Shown here piece by piece: positions 1 through 10,997 of a DNA stretch of 35,567 bases (the first letter of the stretch is position 1; every line of letters starts with the position of its first letter). The translations under genes were made by a program, and so were the position numbers. This DNA is from Nemertoderma westbladi (taxonomy: Eukaryota > Animalia > Xenacoelomorpha): positions 1 to 35,567 of the forward strand of contig JAUCBJ010003049.1 in NCBI GenBank assembly GCA_032718475.1, in the 5' to 3' direction. The notes below the pieces were generated by a model, which worked only from the letters and a program-made list of their open reading frames with translations, was not told the DNA's origin and ran no database searches.

Positions 1-151
1 TATTCGGTTTATTGCACTTGTCATTATAATTTTTTTAATTTAACGGAACTTGACGATGGCAAAATGCTCTCAGAGTTAGTGTAAGTTGGAATCTCCACGG
101 TAGGGTCCCGGGACCCTGGGACCCTGGGACCCTACCCTCGCTACGCTAATG

Positions 152-511
152 ATCACACTAGAGGCGCCACTTTGTCACGGTTCTCGTGGGCCTCGCAGGT
201 TACAAGAGTGGCGGCCCAAACCCTAATTAAAGCAGTAATGATCCCTAACTCTAAGACATGAGGCTGTAATCTAATAAATGTTGTGGAATTTCGGACTTTT
301 TGATATTGGCCCGAAGGGCCAATAGCAATGTCATTAGGGTTTGTGCCTGACCAACAAACCCTAACCTAAAAAACAAACCAGTCATTCCATTCCAGTCAGT
401 ACTACCTACAAAACAGCCAAAAAACCAAGTCATTAAGTAACCCAAGTCAGCCAAGTAAAATAACGCTGTATCCTGTGTTTTCCATATAAATAGTGGCGCC
501 TGTAGTGTGAT
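152..511. mobile_element. Short non-autonomous element (MITE-like) with 20-bp terminal inverted repeats
   Basis: ATCACACTAGAGGCGCCACT (152-171) is the reverse complement of AGTGGCGCCTGTAGTGTGAT (492-511) with one mismatch. There is no convincing coding capacity inside, and no superfamily is assigned. Confidence 0.55.
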
Positions 512-889
512 AGAGCCGAGCTTTACATCATTATATTGTTGGTCCAATTCCTCAACTTGTCAACGTTTATGCGTAATCCTAAAATACAAAATTAAAATAA
601 CCTAAAGTTTTTTCCAACCATTATTATACGTTTGTGTAGCCCAGTATGACAGTAGTAATTACTGTAAGATATATGGATTACATATGGATTAATAAGATTT
701 TCTTTCTCATAGAGACTACATCAACGCAACGGAATAAATTATGTTTTCACATTCACCAGGTTTATTGTTAAAGAAAGAACCCCGGTTTTTTTTATTTGAG
801 GCTGGCGAAATCTAAGTATTTCAACCAATGGGGAGAGGACCACCTGGTGCAGCTGCACCGGGTAAAACTGTTAACCCCTTGTCCTCTAT

Positions 890-1480
890 AGCCCTTCGTT
901 TTACCAAAACCTCTTCTATACACAACTACTTGACCCGATCGCGATCAGCAACCCAGGACAACTATCACCTGCCGCTAGTAAGGCTTACATCCACCCAACA
1001 ATCTTTGAGTTTTCAGGGCCCTTCAATTTGGAATGACATTCCACGTTCTTTAAAAAATAATAAATCCAAATTTACCTTCTCAAAAAATCTTAAAAATCAC
1101 TTGCTTGCTAATTTATAATAAATACAAATTTATTAGTTTCATTATTAAATTAGTACTACAATTTGAAAATAATAAAAAAAATATATTAAAAAAAAAGTTC
1201 CGATATTAATATTATATACTCAGCAATGTGCAAACTACCCCGCGACAGTGAATGGAACAGGGAATAAAGTCGACCGGAAATATTTAATTATTCTTATACT
1301 AAAATTCGACTTTGGTGTAGGCAGAAACACCCCCCCCCCCCCCGTCCCCCCACCCCTCCCGCCACCCCCCCTCCCCTCCAATCCCCTACCCTCCTCAACT
1401 GGCTGGTACTGTTACTAGCTATGCTATAGGTACCAGTCAGTTGGCCCCACTTGCACTTGTGTATAACAGTAAATAAAATA
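890..1480 (+). mobile_element. 5'-truncated non-LTR retrotransposon (CR1/L2-group LINE) 3' end: ORF2 C-terminus plus 3' UTR
   Basis: The translation HNYLTRS...HLPLVRLTSTQQSLSFQGPSIWNDIP...FSKNLK fits the H-Y-TR...G...WN-hP...F C-terminal signature of CR1/L2-group ORF2. The stop at 1118 is followed by a C-rich tract, a hairpin (CAACTGGCTGGTAC/GTACCAGTCAGTTG, ~1396-1443) and AATAAA at ~1472. Confidence 0.65.
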
Positions 1481-1733
1481 TTTTCAGTTTAATGGGGCTT
1501 TCCTATGATACTTATTTCTAATAATTATTTAATATTCAATATAGGTCCGGGCCTATCCCGTGTGCCTGTCTGTCTGTCTGTAGTTGCTGTAACGATAGAT
1601 TGCAGTAGAGTAGACCGATGGGCGTAGACCGTAGGGCGATGTATAAGATTGCCCGGTGCTCAAATATTCAGCAGCCATTGTTTTACTTCTTTCGAACATT
1701 AATGTGAACGGTTCGTGGTGGTTCAGGACAGAA

Positions 1734-4700
1734 GGGTCGTAAGCGAGTTTGCTGGATTGTAGGCGAGGTTGCTGGATCAGAAGCGAGTTTGCTGGATTGT
1801 AGGCGAGGTTGCTGGATTGTAGGCGAGGTTGCTGGATCGTAGGCGAGGTTGCTGGATTGTAGGCGAGGTTGCTGGATCGTAGGCGAGGTTGCTGGATTGT
1901 AGGCGAGGTTGCTGGATCGTAGGCGAGGTTGCTGGATCGTAGGCGAGGTTGCTGGATCGTAGGCGAGGTTGCTGGATCGTAGGCGAGGTTGCTGGATCGT
2001 AGGCGAGGCTGCTGGATTGTAGGCAAGGTTGCTGGATCGTAGGCGAGGTTGCTTGATCGTAGGCGAGGTTGCTGGATCGTAGGCCAGGCAGGTTGCTAGA
2101 TCGTAGGCGAGGTTGCTGGATCATAGGCCAGGTTGCTGGATCGTAGGCGAGGTTGCTGGATCGTAGGCGAGGCTGCTGGATTGTAGGCGAGGTTGCTGGA
2201 TTGTAGGCGAGGTTGCTGGATCGTAGGCGAGGCTGCTGGATTGTAGGCGAGGTTGCTGGATCGTAGGCGAGGCTGCTGGATTGTAGGCGAGGTTGCTGGA
2301 TCGTAGGCGAGGTTGCTGGATCGTAGGCGAGGTTGCTGGATCGTAGGCGAGGTTGCTGGATCGTAGGCGAGGCTGCTGGATTGTAGGCGAGGTTGCTGGA
2401 TCGTAGGCGAGGCTGCTGGATTGTAGGCGAGGTTGCTGGATCGTAGGCGAGGTTGCTGGATCGTAGGCGAGGTTGCTGGATCGTAGGCGAGGTTGCTGGA
2501 TCGTAGGCGAGGTTGCTTGATCGTAGGCGAGGTTGCTGGATCGTAGGCGAGGTTGCTGGATCGTAGGCGAGGTTGCTGGATCGTAGGCGAGGTTGCTGGA
2601 TCGTAGGCGAGGTTGCTGGATCGTAGGCGAGGCTGCTGGATTGTAGGCAAGGTTGCTGGATCGTAGGCGAGGTTGCTTGATCGTAGGCGAGGTTGCTGGA
2701 TCGTAGGCCAGGCAGGTTGCTAGATCGTAGGCGAGGTTGCTGGATCATAGGCCAGGTTGCTGGATCGTAGGCGAGGTTGCTGGATCGTAGGCGAGGCTGC
2801 TGGATTGTAGGCGAGGTTGCTGGATCGTAGGCGAGGCTGCTGGATTGTAGGCGAGGTTGCTGGATCGTAGGCGAGGTTGCTCGATCGTAGGCGAGGTTGC
2901 TATGGATCGTAGGCGAGGTTGCTGGATCGTAGGCGAGGCTGCTGGATTGTAGGCAAGGTTGCTGGATCGTAGGCGAGGTTGCTGGATCGTAGGCGAGGCT
3001 GCTGGATTGTAGGCGAGGTTGCTGGATCGTAGGCGAGGCTGCTGGATTGTAGGCGAGGTTGCTGGATCGTAGGCGAGGCTGCTGGATTGTAGGCGAGGTT
3101 GCTGGATCATAGGCCAGGTTGCTGGATCGTAGGCGAGGTTGCTGGATCGTAGGCGAGGCTGCTGGATTGTAGGCGAGGTTGCTGGATCGTAGGCGAGGCT
3201 GCTGGATTGTAGGCGAGGTTGCTGGATCGTAGGCGAGGTTGCTGGATTGTAGGCGAGGTTGCTGGATCGTAGGCGAGGTTGCTCGATCGTAGGCGAGGTT
3301 GCTATGGATCGTAGGCGAGGTTGCTATGGATCGTAGGCGAGGTTGCTGGATCGTAGGCGAGGTTGCTCGATCGTAGGCGAGGTTGCTATGGATCGTAGGC
3401 GAGGTTGCTATGGATCGTAGGCGAGGTTGCTGGGTCGTAGGCGAGGTTGCTGGGTCGTAGGCGAGGTTGCTGGATCGTAGGCGAGGTTGCTGGGTCGTAG
3501 GCGAGGTTGCTGGATCGTAGGCGAGGTTGCTGGATCGTAGGCGAGGTTGCTGGATCGTAGGCGAGGTTGCTGGGTCGTAGGCGAGGTTGCTGGATCGTAG
3601 GCGAGGTTGCTGGATCGTAGGCGAGGTTGCTCGGTCGTAGGCGAGGTTGCTGGATCGTAGGCGAGGTTGCTGGATCGTAGGCGAGGCTGCTGGATTGTAG
3701 GCGAGGTTGCTGGATCGTAGGCGAGGCTGCTGGATTGTAGGCGAGGTTGCTGGATCGTAGGCGAGGTTGCTGGATTGTAGGCGAGGTTGCTGGATCGTAG
3801 GCGAGGTTGCTCGATCGTAGGCGAGGTTGCTATGGATCGTAGGCGAGGTTGCTATGGATCGTAGGCGAGGTTGCTGGATCGTAGGCGAGGTTGCTCGATC
3901 GTAGGCGAGGTTGCTATGGATCGTAGGCGAGGTTGCTATGGATCGTAGGCGAGGTTGCTGGGTCGTAGGCGAGGTTGCTGGGTCGTAGGCGAGGTTGCTG
4001 GATCGTAGGCGAGGTTGCTGGGTCGTAGGCGAGGTTGCTGGATCGTAGGCGAGGTTGCTGGATCGTAGGCGAGGTTGCTGGATTGTAGGCGAGGTTGCTG
4101 GATCGTAGGCGAGGCTGCTGGATTGTAGGCGAGGTTGCTGGATCGTAGGCGAGGTTGCTGGATTGTAGGCGAGGTTGCTGGATCATAGGCGAGGTTGCTC
4201 GATCGTAGGCGAGGTTGCTATGGATCGTAGGCGAGGTTGCTATGGATCGTAGGCGAGGTTGCTGGATCGTAGGCGAGGTTGCTCGATCGTAGGCGAGGTT
4301 GCTATGGATCGTAGGCGAGGTTGCTATGGATCGTAGGCGAGGTTGCTGGGTCGTAGGCGAGGTTGCTGGGTCGTAGGCGAGGTTGCTGGATCGTAGGCGA
4401 GGTTGCTGGGTCGTAGGCGAGGTTGCTGGATCGTAGGCGAGGTTGCTGGATCGTAGGCGAGGTTGCTGGGTCGTAGGCGAGGTTGCTGGATCGTAGGCGA
4501 GGTTGCTCGGTCGTAGGCGAGGTTGCTGGATCGTAGGCGAGGTTGCTGGATCGTAGGCGAGGTTGCTGGATCGTAGGCGAGGTTGCTGGATCGTAGGCGA
4601 GGTTGCTGGATCGTAGGCGAGGTTGCTCGGTCGTAGGCGAGGTTGCTGGATCGTAGGCGAGGTTGCTGGATCGTAGGCGAGGTTGCTGGATCGTAGGCGA

Positions 4701-7700
4701 GGTTGCTGGATCGTAGGCGAGGTTGCTGGATTGTAGGCGAGGTTGCTGGATCGTAGGCGAGGTTGCTCGATCGTAGGCGAGGTTGCTATGGATCGTAGGC
4801 GAGGTTGCTATGGATCGTAGGCGAGGTTGCTGGATCGTAGGCGAGGTTGCTCGATCGTAGGCGAGGTTGCTATGGATCGTAGGCGAGGTTGCTATGGATC
4901 GTAGGCGAGGTTGCTGGGTCGTAGGCGAGGTTGCTGGGTCGTAGGCGAGGTTGCTGGATCGTAGGCGAGGTTGCTGGGTCGTAGGCGAGGTTGCTGGATC
5001 GTAGGCGAGGTTGCTGGATCGTAGGCGAGGTTGCTGGGTCGTAGGCGAGGTTGCTGGATCGTAGGCGAGGTTGCTGGATCGTAGGCGAGGTTGCTCGGTC
5101 GTAGGCGAGGTTGCTGGATCGTAGGCGAGGTTGCTGGATCGTAGGCGAGGTTGCTGGATCGTAGGCGAGGTTGCTGGATCGTAGGCGAGGTTGCTGGATC
5201 GTAGGCGAGGTTGCTGGGTCGTAGGCGAGGTTGCTGGATCGTAGGCGAGGTTGCTGGATCGTAGGCGAGGTTGCTGGGTCGTAGGCGAGGTTGCTGGATC
5301 GTAGGCGAGGTTGCTGGATCGTAGGCGAGGTTGCTGGATCGTAGGCGAGGCTGCTGGATTGTAGGCAAGGTTGCTGGATCGTAGGCGAGGTTGCTTGATC
5401 GTAGGCGAGGTTGCTGGATCGTAGGCCAGGCAGGTTGCTAGATCGTAGGCGAGGTTGCTGGATCATAGGCCAGGTTGCTGGATCGTAGGCGAGGTTGCTG
5501 GATCGTAGGCGAGGCTGCTGGATTGTAGGCGAGGTTGCTGGATCGTAGGCGAGGCTGCTGGATTGTAGGCGAGGTTGCTGGATCGTAGGCGAGGTTGCTG
5601 GATTGTAGGCGAGGTTGCTGGATCGTAGGCGAGGTTGCTCGATCGTAGGCGAGGTTGCTATGGATCGTAGGCGAGGTTGCTGGATCGTAGGCGAGGCTGC
5701 TGGATTGTAGGCAAGGTTGCTGGATCGTAGGCGAGGTTGCTGGATCGTAGGCGAGGCTGCTGGATTGTAGGCGAGGTTGCTGGATCGTAGGCGAGGCTGC
5801 TGGATTGTAGGCGAGGTTGCTGGATCGTAGGCGAGGCTGCTGGATTGTAGGCGAGGTTGCTGGATCATAGGCCAGGTTGCTGGATCGTAGGCGAGGTTGC
5901 TGGATCGTAGGCGAGGCTGCTGGATTGTAGGCGAGGTTGCTGGATCGTAGGCGAGGCTGCTGGATTGTAGGCGAGGTTGCTGGATCGTAGGCGAGGTTGC
6001 TGGATTGTAGGCGAGGTTGCTGGATCGTAGGCGAGGTTGCTCGATCGTAGGCGAGGTTGCTATGGATCGTAGGCGAGGTTGCTATGGATCGTAGGCGAGG
6101 TTGCTGGATCGTAGGCGAGGTTGCTCGATCGTAGGCGAGGTTGCTATGGATCGTAGGCGAGGTTGCTATGGATCGTAGGCGAGGTTGCTGGGTCGTAGGC
6201 GAGGTTGCTGGGTCGTAGGCGAGGTTGCTGGATCGTAGGCGAGGTTGCTGGGTCGTAGGCGAGGTTGCTGGATCGTAGGCGAGGTTGCTGGATCGTAGGC
6301 GAGGTTGCTGGATCGTAGGCGAGGTTGCTGGGTCGTAGGCGAGGTTGCTGGATCGTAGGCGAGGTTGCTGGATCGTAGGCGAGGTTGCTCGGTCGTAGGC
6401 GAGGTTGCTGGATCGTAGGCGAGGTTGCTGGATCGTAGGCGAGGCTGCTGGATTGTAGGCGAGGTTGCTGGATCGTAGGCGAGGCTGCTGGATTGTAGGC
6501 GAGGTTGCTGGATCGTAGGCGAGGTTGCTGGATTGTAGGCGAGGTTGCTGGATCGTAGGCGAGGTTGCTCGATCGTAGGCGAGGTTGCTATGGATCGTAG
6601 GCGAGGTTGCTATGGATCGTAGGCGAGGTTGCTGGATCGTAGGCGAGGTTGCTCGATCGTAGGCGAGGTTGCTATGGATCGTAGGCGAGGTTGCTATGGA
6701 TCGTAGGCGAGGTTGCTGGGTCGTAGGCGAGGTTGCTGGGTCGTAGGCGAGGTTGCTGGATCGTAGGCGAGGTTGCTGGGTCGTAGGCGAGGTTGCTGGA
6801 TCGTAGGCGAGGTTGCTGGATCGTAGGCGAGGTTGCTGGATTGTAGGCGAGGTTGCTGGATCGTAGGCGAGGCTGCTGGATTGTAGGCGAGGTTGCTGGA
6901 TCGTAGGCGAGGTTGCTGGATTGTAGGCGAGGTTGCTGGATCATAGGCGAGGTTGCTCGATCGTAGGCGAGGTTGCTATGGATCGTAGGCGAGGTTGCTA
7001 TGGATCGTAGGCGAGGTTGCTGGATCGTAGGCGAGGTTGCTCGATCGTAGGCGAGGTTGCTATGGATCGTAGGCGAGGTTGCTATGGATCGTAGGCGAGG
7101 TTGCTGGGTCGTAGGCGAGGTTGCTGGGTCGTAGGCGAGGTTGCTGGATCGTAGGCGAGGTTGCTGGGTCGTAGGCGAGGTTGCTGGATCGTAGGCGAGG
7201 TTGCTGGATCGTAGGCGAGGTTGCTGGGTCGTAGGCGAGGTTGCTGGATCGTAGGCGAGGTTGCTCGGTCGTAGGCGAGGTTGCTGGATCGTAGGCGAGG
7301 TTGCTGGATCGTAGGCGAGGTTGCTGGATCGTAGGCGAGGTTGCTGGATCGTAGGCGAGGTTGCTGGATCGTAGGCGAGGTTGCTCGGTCGTAGGCGAGG
7401 TTGCTGGATCGTAGGCGAGGTTGCTGGATCGTAGGCGAGGTTGCTGGATCGTAGGCGAGGTTGCTGGATCGTAGGCGAGGTTGCTGGATTGTAGGCGAGG
7501 TTGCTGGATCGTAGGCGAGGTTGCTCGATCGTAGGCGAGGTTGCTATGGATCGTAGGCGAGGTTGCTATGGATCGTAGGCGAGGTTGCTGGATCGTAGGC
7601 GAGGTTGCTCGATCGTAGGCGAGGTTGCTATGGATCGTAGGCGAGGTTGCTATGGATCGTAGGCGAGGTTGCTGGGTCGTAGGCGAGGTTGCTGGGTCGT

Positions 7701-8908
7701 AGGCGAGGTTGCTGGATCGTAGGCGAGGTTGCTGGGTCGTAGGCGAGGTTGCTGGATCGTAGGCGAGGTTGCTGGATCGTAGGCGAGGTTGCTGGGTCGT
7801 AGGCGAGGTTGCTGGATCGTAGGCGAGGTTGCTGGATCGTAGGCGAGGTTGCTCGGTCGTAGGCGAGGTTGCTGGATCGTAGGCGAGGTTGCTGGATCGT
7901 AGGCGAGGTTGCTGGATCGTAGGCGAGGTTGCTGGATCGTAGGCGAGGTTGCTGGATCGTAGGCGAGGTTGCTGGGTCGTAGGCGAGGTTGCTGGATCGT
8001 AGGCGAGGTTGCTGGATCGTAGGCGAGGTTGCTGGGTCGTAGGCGAGGTTGCTGGATCGTAGGCGAGGTTGCTGGATCGTAGGCGAGGTTGCTCGGTCGT
8101 AGGCGAGGTTGCTGGATCGTAGGCGAGGTTGCTGGATCGTAGGCGAGGTTGCTGGATCGTAGGCGAGGTTGCTGGATCGTAGGCGAGGTTGCTGGATCGT
8201 AGGCGAGGTTGCTGGATCGTAGGCGAGGTTGCTCGGTCGTAGGCGAGGTTGCTGGATCGTAGGCGAGGTTGCTGGATCGTAGGCGAGGTTGCTGGATCGT
8301 AGGCGAGGTTGCTGGATCGTAGGCGAGGTTGCTGGATCGTAGGCGAGGTTGCTGGATCGTAGGCGAGGTTGCTCGGTCGTAGGCGAGGTTGCTGGATCGT
8401 AGGCGAGGTTGCTGGATCGTAGGCGAGGTTGCTGGATCGTAGGCGAGGTTGCTGGATCGTAGGCGAGGTTGCTGGATCGTAGGCGAGGTTGCTCGGTCGT
8501 AGGCGAGGTTGCTGGATCGTAGGCGAGGTTGCTGGATCGTAGGCGAGGTTGCTGGATCGTAGGCGAGGTTGCTGGATCGTAGGCGAGGTTGCTGGATCGT
8601 AGGCGAGGTTGCTGGATCGTAGGCGAGGTTGCTGGATCGTAGGCGAGGTTGCTGGATCGTAGGCGAGGTTGCTCGGTCGTAGGCGAGGTTGCTGGATCGT
8701 AGGCGAGGTTGCTGGATCGTAGGCGAGGTTGCTGGATCGTAGGCGAGGTTGCTGGATCGTAGGCGAGGTTGCTCGGTCGTAGGCGAGGTTGCTGGATCGT
8801 AGGCGAGGTTGCTGGATCGTAGGCGAGGTTGCTGGATCGTAGGCGAGGTTGCTGGATCGTAGGCGAGGTTGCTGGATCGTAGGCGAGGTTGCTCGGTCGT
8901 AGGCGAGG
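1734..8908. repeat. ~7.2-kb tandem array of a 20-bp unit GGATCGTAGGCGAGGTTGCT (roughly 355-360 copies)
   Basis: Directly visible. It has recurrent variant monomers (GATTG, GGGTC, CTCGA, CTCGG, a 22-nt GCTATGG variant and a 24-nt GGCCAGGCAGG variant) and higher-order block duplications. Confidence 0.99.
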
Positions 8909-9574
8909 GATCAATTAACTTAAACGTTAAACAATAATTCCAACATTATCAAAATGTTTCTCAAATAGACGGAAATTATAGCTAATTTCTTAATGATTTA
9001 ACATTCGTAGGGCCTTGCGGTGATCTCACAATAACTACATTGATGATTAACTTAAATCTCAATTCTTAACATCAAAACAAGTCAACACCAAGAATGAAAT
9101 ATATATCATTTTTTGTCAACGCAAAAATAATACTTTATGACCCTTTTCTTTCAGCAAATGCTCACTTCAATTTCTCGACACGCACTCGCCGCTCTACTTC
9201 AGTTGGTGCACAAACACTGAAGTATCAAGTGTAAGTATAATAATAATTTCTTCATCAAATCAAATCGCACACAATAATTACAATAATTAATATTTACTAA
9301 GGAAATTATAAACGAATTGTTGTGGGTGGGTGATGGCGAAATAAATATATATGGTATAGTATATGATAATGCTCTCCATAGCGAAAAATATCAACCGCCT
9401 CTGTTTGGGCTCGAACGCGGTACCTAGGTTTCAAACTTATGGAATGGGATATCATATTTTGTCCTTTTACTATCACTCAAAGTAAAGTACACTTTATTCC
9501 CGTGCTCTGCCAGAAATGGCAACCATGCCTCAAAGAATAACTATATTCAGTGTTGTAGAAACCACTAAAAGGAA

Positions 9575-10140
9575 ATTGATATTATGTGGTCTTGGTGCTG
9601 CTACTGTAGCCGGGCTATAGCGAAGCTATACTGTAGTATAGACCAACTGCAGTAGCTGACAGATACGGGGGGGGGGGGGGGCGTATTTGGTTTTTTTTCT
9701 ATATTGTTTTAAAAAAACAACAATACTTCAGAGTTGTAAAATTTTCTAATGATATTTTAGATTACAGTAAGACTATAGAATTACAAATTTTTCATGTGGA
9801 TTCCGTCTAGACCGCACCATATGACTAGCTGTTAGATAATAGCATTTAGCGAAACGAGACGTAAGTAAGTAGTTAGTTGTTTTTCTTTATTTTTTAAATT
9901 TGAATAAAATAACAGGCCTATTATATTTTAGAGAATAGTAATTTTGTGTAAGTTCGGGAAAATGAAACTTTGGATTTATTTTCCCTATGTAGGGTGGGAT
10001 TACATTCCAGATCAGGGGGCCTTGGAAGCTTACGGATTGTTGGGTAGACGTGAATCGGGCAGTTTGTATGTAATAATCGCCGCGAGAGGAAGATCGTGTA
10101 AGGTACCTGTGTATTGATTCAATTCAGAACCAGACCGCTG
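9575..10140 (-). mobile_element. Second LINE 3' remnant related to 890-1480, in the opposite orientation
   Basis: The minus strand translates SIHRYLTRSSSRGDYYIQTARFTSTQQSVSFQGPLIWNVIP, then ENKSKVSFSRTY after a frameshift, colinear with the peptide at 890-1118. Its 3' UTR also has a poly-C tract and TAGCTTCGCTATAG (versus TAGCTATGCTATAG in the first copy) inside a hairpin. Confidence 0.7.
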
Positions 10141-10439
10141 TTTATTGAGTTTATCCCTCGCTACATCTTTCCTCTCCTACGATGTTATCCACCAACCATT
10201 ACCATCTGAACATGCGCCACAAGTTACCAGCTTATCAATTACCTTAGCCTCCCTCATCTGCTAGCCAATTGTTGGAAAGATCTTATATGCTTGAGTCATA
10301 CATCACTTTGGGGTGGCAGCTCGACCTTTACGCCGCTCAGGTATTAATCTATCTCATAATCCATTTTCCTTCCGCAATCCCTAATCCTTTTTTAGCTACT
10401 TCCCTTGGGGAAAGTTATTCATACATGGAAGGCTTTAGT

Positions 10440-10660
10440 CAAACCAGGTAATGAAGCCAACTTGTGGCGAAAGATTAACTGGATGAGTGATCTGGAGTCC
10501 AACTTGAAATGAACCTCCGCACCCACTGACGATGAGTTTAAAGTCTATTTTGAGAACCGGGGTAGTATACCACAAATAAAGGACCATGAAATTACTGTCG
10601 ATGACTGTCCTTACATTCTTTCCGACACTAACTGATGACCATGAATTATACTCAAGGTTA
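10440..10660 (+). pseudogene. Possible decayed internal fragment of a non-LTR retrotransposon ORF2 (endonuclease-RT linker)
   Basis: The plus strand reads ANLWRKINWMSDLESNLK*TSAPTDDEFKVYFEN, followed by TVDDCPYIL. From memory this resembles the W--INW...P-D-EFK-hFE...PYI linker of some LINE ORF2s. It has an in-frame stop. Confidence 0.35.
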
Positions 10661-10759
10661 AATGGCTTAAAGTCTGATAAGTTGGAGTTGAGCTGTTAAT
10701 GCAACTGTAATTAAAGATGTAATATAATGGTTTTATTCAGAAAAGGAAAAAATGAGAAA

Positions 10760-10945
10760 GCGCGTCACCGGTTCAGCCACTAGCCCCTGACATTCACTCT
10801 CGCACCTAATCAACTTCTATTGAACAGCAGTCTTAAGTTGCATCCTATCTCTAAACTTAATACTTAACGTAAGCCTGCATGTTCGATAGAAGTGGATTAA
10901 GTGGGATAGTGAATGTCAGGGACAAGTGGCTGAACTGGTTAGCGC
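10760..10945. repeat. Imperfect inverted repeat (~31-bp core arms, ~110-bp spacer)
   Basis: CCGGTTCAGCCACTAGCCCCTGACATTCACT (10768-10798) pairs with AGTGAATGTCAGGGACAAGTGGCTGAACTGG (10908-10938) with a few mismatches. Weaker pairing extends to GCGC on both sides. Confidence 0.85.
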
Positions 10946-10985
10946 TACTGATGAGGCCTGATAGGCCGAAAAAACGTATAGCGCT
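10941..10985 (+). ncRNA. Minimal type I hammerhead ribozyme-like motif (stem III degenerate)
   Basis: Stem I AGCGCTA (10941-47)/TAGCGCT (10979-85); core CTGATGA (10948-54); stem II GGCCT/AGGCC (10955-67); GAAA (10968-71); AAAC; NUH triplet GTA (10976-78). All conserved core nucleotides are present in the correct order. Confidence 0.75.
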
Positions 10986-10997
10986 GGTTAACACCAG

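Noticed and set aside
155-170. CTCF-like motif CACTAGAGGCGCC
   Set aside because: It is one base short of the consensus spacing and is explained as part of a terminal inverted repeat.
1553-8914. Minus-strand ORFs with PATSPTIQQPRLRSSNLAYD repeats
   Set aside because: They are translations of a 20-bp unit that lacks stops on that strand. All frames give the same peptide, and there are frequent frame-breaking variants.
10630-10650. Other CTGATGA/CTGAAGA strings (also ~14532, ~23305, ~27136, ~27523) as hammerhead cores
   Set aside because: None is followed by a stem II and GAAA with a closing stem I.
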